A stretch of DNA of 64,000 nucleotides from an uncultured Clostridia bacterium. GTDB taxonomy: Bacteria; Bacillota; Clostridia; Christensenellales; UBA1242. The position numbers and the translations under genes are program-made. Positions 24,834 to 36,900 of this stretch are shown piece by piece (the stretch's first letter is position 1; every line of letters begins with the position of its first letter). Location: positions 4,168 through 68,167 of the forward strand of contig CAOJSF010000005.1 in assembly GCA_948442695.1 (NCBI GenBank), written 5' to 3'. The notes beneath the pieces were generated by a model. The model was not told where the DNA came from. It did no database searches and saw only the letters and a list, made by a program, of their open reading frames with translations.

Positions 24834-26078
24834 ATGTTAAATCCATTTTTAGAAAAACCTAAAAAACTTGAAAGCACAATCATGAGTATGAAAATGCTTG
24901 CTCAAAAACCTTACAATAAAAATGAAGTTGACCCATACACCAGAGTAAGATGCATTTTGATGAACGGGACCGAATATGAAGCAGTTTGGTCAAAGCATCA
25001 CTTTAATAGACATTGCACTGATAATGACATCAGAAGAAGAGTCGCACTTATTCGCAGATGTGAACAAGAGCAACAAAAATTGATTGCCGGTTTGAAGCCA
25101 CCTGACGAAAATATCTTGCAAACCACAATAGGTTATGAACAACTTGCAGTTGATTTGACTGCAATTCTTGCACGCAGACAGATTGATAAAAATGTAAAAA
25201 ATGCATTAGACTTTGCACTTCTTGAAGACTTTGACCATCTATATAGATATGCCAACCTTCTTGAAACTGATATGAGAGAGCATGCAGAAAAATATGTTGG
25301 CAGTTATACTGAAATAATGCCTGCAAGACCAACTGTCGCACATCACAGACATCCTTTTGACACTGTCAAAAATCATATATGCAACAAAACTGCCGACCCT
25401 CTTGCAATGTGTGATGTTTCCATAATCACTGCTGCCGAACAACAAACTATGAACTATTATATGAATTTGGGAGCATTTTATAAAAACAAAGTAGGTCGAG
25501 AAATTTACAGCGAGATTGCACTTGTTGAAGAAGAACACGTCACTGAATATGGCTCTCTTATAGACCCAAATGCAACCCCTCTTGAAGAACTTTTGATGCA
25601 TGAATATATTGAATGTTATCTTTATTATTCTATGTATAATGATGAAGTTGACGAGCGAATTAAACAAATTTGGCTTATGCTGTTTGAACAAGAACTTGCG
25701 CATCTTCATGAAGCATTCAAGTTACTCAAGAAGTATGAAAAGAAAGACTGGCAAGAAGTCATCCCAAATGGTGAATTCCCTGAACTTATAAACTTCAAAC
25801 CTCAAAAAGATTATATCAGAGAAATTATCGCAAACACAGTCAACAACACCGAAGAGCGAGAAAGTTATATCAATGTCAAAAAGTTGCCTGAAAAATCTGA
25901 TTTCTTTGTTTATCAGCATAAATTTATAAAAAATGTTGAAAAAATGCCATCTCATCGTGTAATTAATGACCATATCAAAAAATTTGGTGAAGACTATAGA
26001 GTGCAAGACAGCGAGCATCCTATCAAGTCACTTCGTTCTCGCAAAATAGATAATGTAGATTTAGGCAGGACTCAATAA
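24834..26078 (+). CDS. ferritin-like (diiron carboxylate) superfamily protein, function unknown
   Basis: ExxH-type motifs (VEEEHVTEYG; FEQELAHLHEA) in helical context. Start at the ATG after a GGAGG RBS (24834). Confidence 0.5.
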   Translation: MLNPFLEKPKKLESTIMSMKMLAQKPYNKNEVDPYTRVRCILMNGTEYEAVWSKHHFNRHCTDNDIRRRVALIRRCEQEQQKLIAGLKPPDENILQTTIGYEQLAVDLTAILARRQIDKNVKNALDFALLEDFDHLYRYANLLETDMREHAEKYVGSYTEIMPARPTVAHHRHPFDTVKNHICNKTADPLAMCDVSIITAAEQQTMNYYMNLGAFYKNKVGREIYSEIALVEEEHVTEYGSLIDPNATPLEELLMHEYIECYLYYSMYNDEVDERIKQIWLMLFEQELAHLHEAFKLLKKYEKKDWQEVIPNGEFPELINFKPQKDYIREIIANTVNNTEERESYINVKKLPEKSDFFVYQHKFIKNVEKMPSHRVINDHIKKFGEDYRVQDSEHPIKSLRSRKIDNVDLGRTQ

Positions 26079-26222
26079 ACAAAAACTAAATTGACTTTTT
26101 AAAATAATTTATTCAATCTTTAAGTAAAAAAAAGATGTAAAAAACACAACTTAATCATCACTTTTATTTAAAAAAAGTTTAAATATAAAGTCAAAACCTT
26201 GTAAAATGTATAATACAAACAC

Positions 26223-26256
26223 AAAAAAAAGACATAAAATAGTATGTCTTTTTTTA
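26223..26256. terminator. bidirectional terminator
   Basis: A8-GACATA-aaatag-TATGTC-T7. Confidence 0.6.
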
Positions 26257-26264
26257 TAACAATT

Positions 26265-27722
26265 TTAAAACAATGATGACAAAAGTCGCATAATTGCCTG
26301 CAACATTTTTGTAAGAAAACTTTTCTTTTGAAAGAAGTTTGTGCTTACCTGCACAGAATTCTTTACATCTTCTGCAAAAATTTCTTGATATTGTTGATTG
26401 AGTTTTTTAGAATAAATCATCACGGTGTTTTCAAAGTTTAAAGCAAAAGAGCGATTGTCCATATTGCAAGTGCCGATTGACAATAAATTATCATCAATTA
26501 TAAGCGCTTTGCTATGCAAAAAGCCTTTATAAAGATAAATCTTTACGCCTATCTCAGCCATTTCTTTAAGATATGAAAGTGTTGCAAGATAGACCGTTTT
26601 TTTATCGGGTTTGCGAGGAACCATAATTCTCACATCAACCCCACTTTTCACCGCAATCCTTAAACTTGCAAAAAACACATCATCTGGTATAAAATATGGT
26701 GTTTGAATATACACCTTATTTTTTGCATTGACAATCATTTTTACAAAAGTTTCCTTAATCCTTTGCACCTGACTGTCAGGGCCAGAAGCCAAAACTTGAA
26801 CTGTTGCATCACCACATAATGTAGGACTAGGGAAATAACCATTCTCTAGATAGAGACGAGGTGGAGTATTGTCATTTTGGCAATATCTCCAGTCATCAAG
26901 AAAGATATTTTGAAGCCCATAAACACCACTTCCCTCAATTCTAATATGAGTATCTCTCCATGGTTTCAATTTTTTGTCCCGACTCATATGGTCATCTCGA
27001 ATGTTGACACCACCAGTATAACCTATTTTGCCGTCGATTATGACAAGTTTTCTATGGTTTCGATAATTAAGTTTTAAATTTATAAGTCTCATGTGCATAA
27101 ATGGAGGGAAAAATTCACCTACCTGCCCGCCTACCTGTTGAAGTTTTTTAAAGAATCTGCGAGGAGCCTTTCGAGAGCCGATTGAGTCATATATAAGTTT
27201 GACATCAACCCCATCTTTTGCTTTTTTGCACAAAATGTCCATTATTTCCCTGCCCACTTTGTCGCAAGCAAAGATATAATATTCAATGTTGATAGAACTT
27301 TTTGCGTTTAACAAATCCTTTTTTAATGCTTCAATTTTATCAAGACCATTTGTAAAAAACTTAATATCATTCCCTGGAAGTGGATAAGAACCATAGGCAT
27401 AACACATTGAAACAAGTTCTCGATATTCAATAAGTGTGTCATCAATGCGTGCCTCATCAAGTGTCTGAATACCATCAATATTTCTGATAATGTCACGTTC
27501 TGAAACCGCTTTCTTTTTTATCATGCGTCTGGTTCGCACACTTAGTCCACTTCCAAAGATGATATAAAGCAAAAACCCAAAGATAGGCAAAAATGTCAAG
27601 ATTGTAAGCCATGCAATGATATTTTCAGGTTTTCTTCTTTCAAGAAAAACCATACCTATAAGGAGCAAAAAGTTGATACAAGCAACTGCAGTAATAACTA
27701 TTTTTGAAATCTCGCCAAACAT
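26265..27722 (-). CDS. cls: cardiolipin synthase (PLD superfamily)
   Basis: Two N-terminal TM helices and two HKD motifs (HRKLVIIDG, HSKALIIDD). ATG at 27722, 5 nt after AGGAG. Confidence 0.9.
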   Translation of the reverse strand: MFGEISKIVITAVACINFLLLIGMVFLERRKPENIIAWLTILTFLPIFGFLLYIIFGSGLSVRTRRMIKKKAVSERDIIRNIDGIQTLDEARIDDTLIEYRELVSMCYAYGSYPLPGNDIKFFTNGLDKIEALKKDLLNAKSSINIEYYIFACDKVGREIMDILCKKAKDGVDVKLIYDSIGSRKAPRRFFKKLQQVGGQVGEFFPPFMHMRLINLKLNYRNHRKLVIIDGKIGYTGGVNIRDDHMSRDKKLKPWRDTHIRIEGSGVYGLQNIFLDDWRYCQNDNTPPRLYLENGYFPSPTLCGDATVQVLASGPDSQVQRIKETFVKMIVNAKNKVYIQTPYFIPDDVFFASLRIAVKSGVDVRIMVPRKPDKKTVYLATLSYLKEMAEIGVKIYLYKGFLHSKALIIDDNLLSIGTCNMDNRSFALNFENTVMIYSKKLNQQYQEIFAEDVKNSVQVSTNFFQKKSFLTKMLQAIMRLLSSLF

Positions 27723-27967
27723 TTTCACTCCTTTTAGTATGTTTTTAATTTAGATTTTTTAAATCTTTGTGCTTAATAAAATGGTTTCACTCAAATAAAT
27801 TGCAATTTTAAAATTTGAATATTATTCAATTTCTTTATTGTTTTATTTGAAATTTAATCATATTATTTTTATCTTTATTTTGCTGATTTACTTAAAATTT
27901 CAATAAAATCAAGATTTTTAATCTTTTTTTATAAAAAATTTAGCAAATAAGTTTAAATTTCTCTATC

Positions 27968-30900
27968 TTATCGTTTCGTGCTTAAGTTAAGTTTTCCTAA
28001 GATGATATTTGCTTCATCTTCACCAGTAATAATGTTTCTATCAATCCCGCTTACCTTCATCAGCACCTCAACTCTGATATATTGATTTGGATTGAAGTTT
28101 GAAGTTAATTCAATCTCTCCAGTTATAGAATCAATATTTGCATTACCCAAAGAAATATCTCCACCTTTGTTGTCAAGTCTGAATGAGATATAATTTGAAA
28201 GTTTCTCATCGTTTATAGCAATCTTTCCATCTTCACTTAAATTAATATCAATCTTTCCGCCACCTGGAGTATAGCCCTTGTAAAGTGAGAATGCTCCATT
28301 TGACCAGTCTTCAAGTGAGGTTATTCCATTATCTAAAGTAAATCCGATTTCATCAACATAGTCTCGTTTAAGTTTATAGACATAACCTGTCACTTCATAG
28401 TTGGCGGTTATTCGATAATCATAAGTTGTCTCAGTTGGTTGAGGATTTGGTGTCTCTTCCGTATCAGGTGCAGTTTCACCCTCTGCAGTCATAGAAGGCT
28501 CTTCCTTCTTAGTGAATTTACACTGAGCAATATAATATTTATTTATACTATAACTGTTATCAGCCAGTAAAGCAACATTTTCAACATAAACAACATCTTT
28601 GTCTATTGTTGAAATAGTAAAGGTTGCTTCTGTTGAAGCGTTCTTATCTGACCAAACTTGACCAGTTGGAGTGCCAGCCTCTATTTTAACATCTCTCAAA
28701 TTGTCATTTGAATTCTCTTCTATGGTATTTGTAATATAGTAGATTCCTATCACATCTTTGATGTTTGTGACTGTGACATTGTCACCTGGTTTAACATAAA
28801 CACCCAAAGCATTTGAAATTGATTCATATTTAGTAATTGCAATATTTGAACTTGTATTTGAAAGTGAAATTCTGTTTGTATAGATTTTTCCTTCTCTTTC
28901 AAGGTTCAAGTCAAAGATCGCAGTGCTGTTGGCTTTTACAAGCACTTCAATAGTATCATTTATGAAGCCATCAATTGAAACTGCTTCATTTTCATCTTTT
29001 ACACTTCCTACTATTTTGTCAGAAAGAGCAAAAGCCTGACCATCTCTCACCACTCTGTTTTCTTTTTGCTCGATTTGTGCCTTTCGAACAACAGTTATCT
29101 CTGTTGTGCAGTCACAATATTCAAAGATACTATTATCATTATCTTCATACTTAAGTCTTACAACAAGTTTTAAAACAGCAGAATCGCCATCTTTATACAA
29201 ATCAGTGTTTAACAGTTTTGGCATAACATAGAGTTGTTTGCTGTATGTTTCTTTTTCTTCTCCATCTTCTTTTGCTTTGCCATAGACAGGTCTAGGTTTG
29301 CCATGGTTATAAACTTTTGAGTTTGTTGTGTCATCACTTGAACCTGTCGAGCCTGTTTGCGTTGTTTCGTTTCCAAAGAATCCATTTCCGTCGGTAGCAA
29401 AAGCCCATTCTTGAACAGAAGAAGATTCAGTCTGCTCAACATTTCCAACCTTTTGGTTTGTTTTAGGGTCAAAGAGTGAAATATTTTCCACCTTGATTTT
29501 GTCAATCATAGGGAAATTTAAATATTTCTGACCTTCTGAATCAATATTTATTTCATATTCATATTCAGACTCAGTATCACCTTCCGCAACAGTCTCTGGA
29601 GTTGAAGGCTCTTGTTTCTTTAATTCTTTATGAGGCTCATAAGCCTTATCTTGATTAGTATTTGAGATATTATCTAGATAAATTTTATCGTTATCATTTA
29701 CCTGTGCTATAGTATAATCTTCTACATATTGCCATGCATCAATGCCTTCAAAATTAAGCACTTTAACTCTTTCATCAGAACTAAGTGGAATTTTTGTTTC
29801 TGAAGAGTTGATTACATAATTGTCATTATTGCCATTTTTAATAGTAAGTTCGGTATATTGTGCAGACAAATCAATATAGTCTTCTTCAGCAATTGAGATT
29901 GAATTTGTAATTGCAGGAATGTTTTTTGTGGCTTTAAGCATAAAGTAAAGTCTGTAAGTAAAGCCATAATCATCCACACCTTCAATGAAATAATATTGAT
30001 TTCCAAAAATTACCGCTTTTACATCATTAAACGCAATGGAATCTGTTCCTTTATATTTAATATTACTAATAGTTGTTTGATCTTTTTCAAATTGCCAGCC
30101 TGAGTCTTGTGAATTTTCTGGTAAAGAAGAACCATAGAAAATCTTATTCAGCAAGTTTCCATTATCATTATAGGTCACACCTTCAATGATTTCATTTACT
30201 TTCATTGTAATTGCAAATTTTGAAGTTGAAAGTTCTTCCCTCTCACCAGTTCCGTTTTTATGTTTGATTGTCATAAATCCGTCAGCACCAGTAAGTTTAA
30301 ACTCTTTATATTTGGTTGAATTTGATGATAAAATTTCTATCTTATCAACCATATCAAAGTTTGAAATAATTGTTTTATCGTTTACAATCTCTTCTTTGCC
30401 ATTTTCAGCACTGCCACCATATGAAACCTCATAATCTGGCATGATTTTAATTACAACATAGAAGAAAGTCTCAAATCCTTCAACCTTATATGTGATTTTT
30501 CCGAGAACATAGTCACCGGTATTTTTTGCACCAAAAGGTATAAGTTCATAATCATAAATACATTTAGCAGTCGTGCTTATGATTGGTCCCACAAACATAT
30601 ATTCTTTTCCGCTATTAGTTCCAGTATCATTAACAGTGCGCTTAAATGCGTTTATGTCATATCTGCCCATATATTCATTTAAGACTTTTTGTGTCGCCTC
30701 ATCTATTTGTGCAGAATTTGTCTCTCCTGCTTTTGAAGATGAACCACCATTATAATACAGAAGTTCAAATCCCAGACCAGATTCTTCACCAGTAAAGTCG
30801 GTATAACTCACCATTCTGTTTGTTGTTGGGTGATATATTCCCAAAAGGTCATTTATACTGTCGTATGTGTTGTTGACCTCAATTTCAACAATATTTTTCA

Positions 30901-33900
30901 GCGTTGAAATTTTTTCTTTGACATCAATGTCGAATCCCGCCATATAGTAATAATTGAATGAGAACTCTGCATTTAATTTAACAATTGAGCCATCATTTTT
31001 GTCAAATGTTAAACTAAATTCCTTCTTATTTATTTCATCAAAAGGAGTTTTTTCAATATCTATAGAGAAATAATCTTTTTCAGATACAACAGTTTCAATA
31101 GATTCAATGTCTTCACCTGATTCACCATTTTCATCAGGTTTAACATTTTCTGTTGTTTGTTTGTTGAAAAGGCTGTCATATTTTTCAAAATCAACTAAGA
31201 TTGTATTTCCATCTTCATCAATTCCATAAGTCATCTGTGCCCTATTTGCAAGTGAAACTTTTGGTTGTCCGTTTGCGAGTTTAAAGACACTTGATGCTAA
31301 GTTTGTAGGAAGTTCAGACTCTAAAACAGGCTTATCATTCACTTGAAGTGCACGAGTAGTTGCATCAATTTGAATTTTATTGTTTTCTATACTTGATGCA
31401 AGATATAAACCTTTGAAAGTTTTTCCTACAAAAGATATTCCCAAATCATAATATCTGTTGGTGTCTTGATCTTTTGCAGAAATGAAGTTAGGATATGACG
31501 CATAATATTTTACAACTTCTTCATTTGATGTTTCATCTTTTATTGTCTCTTCAAATACAAAATAGTATTCATCTTGATATTCTGCCATTTGACCCAGTTC
31601 AGCATAGACAAGTCTTTCGCCAGCAAAGAGGTCTTTTGTGTTGGTTTTGTCAATATAAATTTTCTCATAACTAACAGAAGTATTTTGATATTCACCCTGC
31701 ATTGTGAAGTTTGAAACAGTATGTGGCACGATTGAAAGAGAATTTTCAAGAAGTCGTATATTATATACAATATTGACTGCTTTATAGGTTATGCTAAGTT
31801 CTATCTTTGCATCCCCAGAATTGTTGGTTCTTGCAAACTTAATTTTCTGACTTAAATCTATCGAACCATTTATAGCAACACCTTTTTCGCTGTCTCCAAC
31901 ATAAATTTCTGCATTGTCAGTCTTAGAATTCAACTGAACAATCAAATCTTCATTTTCAATATCTACTTTATCTTTATATTCAACTACTTTACTATCAGTT
32001 GACAACCTGCCTTCAAGAACATCAATTCTGCTGTTTTCACCGAAAATGGCAGTGCTGTTTAAGAATGTTTTAATATTTTCAAAAGTTGCCCCGCTGTCAA
32101 TGTATTCAAATTTCATCATTCCACTTGAATTTGGCACTGGGTAATTTGAAGATAATTTTACACTAGGTGCAACAACAAATGAATAAACAACTTCAAATTC
32201 TTGATATGCACTATAATTTTGATTTTCCTCATTTTCTTCAGCCATTTTAGGGAAATTGATTCTGACTTTCAAAGTAAGAGTCAATGTCACTTTATCAGAA
32301 ACATGATTTGTTTTGATTATTACTTTATTTTTATCTTGTTGATCTTTCTCAATTCCGCCAAAAGCAGGATTTGTTGATGCGCAAGATATATCTATTAATG
32401 TATTTTTTATGTCTCCGTCATACAAGTCTGCAATATTAAATTTATATCCCGTCCCTGCAATAACCTCATCGTCAACTGCGATGTTTGTGATAGGAGTAAT
32501 ATTTGCTTTCAAAGTATATTCGCAAGAGAAATTGAAAATTCTTTCTATATCGTTTTCAGTTTTACCTGGAATTGAAACAGTATAGTCTATCTTAATTTTC
32601 TTGTCGCTTATAAGGTCGCTTATTGTCAACTGTCCATCACTTGTGCAAGAAACTAAGTCTTTTCCGTCACCAGAAATACTTAAAGATTTAAATGAATAAT
32701 CATAATCTGTTACAACAATTTCACCTTCAGTTAATTTAATCGCACCCTTCAAGTTTAATGTGTCGCCACCATTGAAAGTGTTTGTATTTGAAATGAAAGT
32801 AATATTTGCTTTAAGGTCAATTTCGATTGAAGCAAGATATCCCATTGTTGTATAAACCGCAAGACTGATCTTTTTGTCTGAATCAATATAATCTTTAAGT
32901 TTAATTGCAAGTAAACCTGTTGAAGGGTTATAATCAATGCCTTTGATATTTTCTGCTCCTGCTGAAATGCCTACATCCGCTCTGTCACGAATGATTGTGT
33001 CAATGTTTCCAGCCTCTTTTTTAAGCAGGTCAACTTGCATTGAATAAATATTGTCTTTATCTTCGCTTGCAGAATACTTATTGCCATTATTGATTGTAAG
33101 TTTGAGTTTGTCTGTTTCAGTGACTTTTCCATCTTTATCGGTAAATCTCACTGCATAAACTTCTGAATCTTCATTTAAAATCAATTTGTAAGTTTGCTCA
33201 CCACCTATTACTGAAAGATTGTCATCCTCAGTTGTTTGGTAAGTGTGCTTTATAATTATTGTCATCTTTGAATCTGCATATTTGCCAAAAGGTCTATAGT
33301 AAAGAGTTTTGAAATCACTTGAGAAACTAAGTTCTATAGTTTTATCCCACTGTTCACTATCTGTCATGATTTCGTCACCAACTTCAACCGAGACAATTTC
33401 ATTTTTGAATTTAAGTGTTTCAAAAATCTTTTCAGATTGATAAGATATTGCCATATCACCTTCTAAGATAGCAATTTTAATTTGCAAATTATCTTTGGTG
33501 ATTCCACTATCTTTATCATTGTCATCCACAAAATAATCATTCAAATCAATTTCTCTTGATTTTCCGTCGGCAACAGCAAAATCAACTTTCACCTCTTTTT
33601 CTTTGTAAGTGAACATAAGTTTTGAATCTGATTTTAAATCCAACTCAAGTTTAGTATCAATCACATCTATTTCTAAATCATATGTGGTTGCTACAACATT
33701 TTTAAGATTCAATATCTTGTTTACATAGAATCTCTTTTTATCGCTATTGAGTGTTTTGTTATCAAAAAGTTCTTCAAGATTTATCTCGCTGATACTACTG
33801 CTGTCACCAAATATATATTCTGCAGAGCCATTATAGGCATAGGTCGAATTCTCAACTTCTACATCAGCAATTACTTTAAGTAGATAATAGAAAGATTGTG

Positions 33901-36900
33901 ATATTCCATAATAATCAATTTTATATTCAAAAGCCACATAAACATCTTCAAGATTGTTGCTTAAGTGGTTGAGAATGACGAATCCATTAGAATCAGCATC
34001 AGTTTTTATCACATATTTTGAATTAACCAGACTTGAATAATCAATCATACCTTCTTTATCTATTTTATAGATATTGAGATATTGTTCAAATCCTGGTATT
34101 GTATAAAGTCCGCCCTCTTGAATATATTTATACTTTGTTTGAGTGCCCTCGATTTCTATGAATCTGTCAGCAAAGTCATATTGACTTAAAATTTGACTGA
34201 GTTTTCCCGCCTCTATTTCATTATATATTCCCTTGTCGATTAATTGTTCAGGTCTTAAAAGAGATGTTTCAACTCTTCTATTATTTTGTATTTCTTTGTC
34301 ATAAACAACAAAATCATATCCTATTTGAGAAATTAGTAAAGGAACATGAACTGTTGCTAAAATCTTATTGCCAGAGTCAACTATATTTAAAACAATATAA
34401 CAATTTTCATTATTAAGTCCAAACAATAATTGTTGATTTACTTTTGACTGGAATTGAATTGAATTGTCAGCACCAGCCTGATAGATAGATGATAAAACAT
34501 TGCCAAATCTATCTCTATGAGATGGACTTACTTTATAGTTTTCTGTCAAATTGCCTGCCTGCCATATTTGACCAGCGTTTCTTGCAAACATCAAGTAATT
34601 GATATCTTCTTCACCATTATTGATGATTTGACTTTGTGGTTTAATTGAATTATTACTTTGAAGTGAGAATGTTGAAGCAAGAAGAGAGTAAATATCATCT
34701 GATTCAATAAGTTTTATTTTTATAGCAATCTTTCCCAGTTCTATATTGCCACTTCTTACAAACAAATTAGTTGTAAGAAATTCTTGATTGTAATCAAAGA
34801 AGAAATCTGCATTGCTTTTCTTCTCGACATTACCATCTTTAAATTCAAGATAATTTTCAAATACAAATGAGATATCTTTATCTTGAATAGATGTAACTCC
34901 ATCATGTCTTGTAAGAAGGACATAATCACCTATTTGTTTTGAGTTTTCTCCTAAAACATAGAAGACTTTTTCTTTGTCATTGATGATAAGGTCTCTTTTT
35001 ACTTCAAATTGAATAGGTTGATTGAGAGCAAAACTATTGTTTCCTTCTGGTCTGAAATAGATTGTGAAGATTTGTTTTTCTACATTCCAGAAATCATAGA
35101 ATTTAATTTTATTTGTGCTTCCATCATATTCACCGATTGCATTTTGAGATTTTGTTTCGCTGAGAGTATATTCATATTTGTCATCCATCACAATATAGTA
35201 TATTTTGCCTTCAAACAGACTATTAAGTTCATTGCTTGTCTCTTCACTTGAATTTAAAAGTTTAACTTTGTTTGCAAGCGTTGTTTCCGCATTTGCCCAA
35301 ACAGACTTCTCACCTGTATAAGAATCATTTGTCACTGTCACATTTTGGAGCAATTGAAGAGTAAACATGATATTTACTGCACCACTTGAATCTGAAATAG
35401 CAAATTCCATAAAATGTGGGGCTGCAAAATTTTTGTTTATTTTGACATTTGAGATATTTATATTTGTAAGTTTAGATCTTATTTGATCAGCAGTAAGATT
35501 ATCTTCTATTGAAACCAAACCATTGTTGTCATATAAGGTCAGCATTCCATTATTGCCGAAAAGTTCTAATAATTGCACATTTGACAATCTGTTTTCAGCA
35601 AGATATTGTGCTGTAAATTTGAAATTTACATTATCTAAACTAAACTTTTCTTCTGAATTGCCGTCACTATTGATATAAAGTTCGATTAAGTTTTTAAGTT
35701 CTATCACATCTTCAGTTTTATCAAAAGAAGCACCATATTTTTTGACAATGACTTCTTTTGAAGTGTCAGAACTTTCTAGATTTATATTTGTTTGATATGT
35801 CTTTAAAAGTGAGTCATATTTTATTTTAGAAATTCCTGTTGATTTTACATTAAATTTTATTTCAAAAGGTTTTTCATTTGCAGTTAATGTTGAATTTTCA
35901 TCGTTGCTTTTAATAATAAGTGAAAGTGGAATATAATCATTTGAATTTGTATTTTTAAATGCAAAAGATTGACCATTTGGCAAGATGTTGATTATGCCTG
36001 CATTTCCCTCTTTAATAGTAAATTTCCACTGATTTCTAAGTGTGCTTGTTTTTCCTTTTTGGTCAGTAATGACAAAGTTTGAGCCATTTGCACCCGCAAT
36101 GTCATTTATAAATTCTGTCACATTATTAAATGTCTTTGTAGTTCCGCCAACAAGAGTTACAGTGATTTCAGTATTGAAACCACCCTCTTTAGTAAGATTT
36201 TGGTCAACTTTTATTACTTCAGCATTTATCTGAGCAATAGAATTATAAACATCTGACATTTCTTTTACACTTATCGAAACAGCCTTTGGCTTATAGATAT
36301 TTATAAGTTTGTCTGAAATAGAATTTATATCTCTCTTCCATTCAATAATATTTTCATCACCATTATCATAAATGAGTGAAATATAGCCCAAATACAATCC
36401 ATTTATGCTTTCAATCTGAACTGAAGATTTTGTTGATACAGAGTATTCAACCCTCATCACCTTAGTTTCGGTATCAGTCAAAAGTGTGCCTTCATCATAA
36501 ATGAAATATTCTGAGATATCATTTCCAGCCATATCATAAACAACTGGTCTGATAAAACCTTTTTGGAATTCATCTTTAAATACCGGAACTGACTCTGAAG
36601 CGATTGTGTAAATAAGTTTAAAATCAAGGTCACTTCCTAAGTTGATTGAAATTTCTTGCTCGTCATCTTCTAAAAAGTTTGAAGCATTGATATAGAAATC
36701 TTTAATTGAGTTTGAATAAAGTGCAGTTTTTGAAGCGACATTCTTTGTGCTACTGCACATTTCTGCAATATCATAAAGCCCTTCACTACTGCTAGGTCTG
36801 ACAGTTGCAAAATATAATGAAAATTCGCCAGTATTATATAGAGAAAGTCGAGAGCCGTTGACTGCAAACAAAGTTGTCATTCTTCCACTGTTTGTTTGAT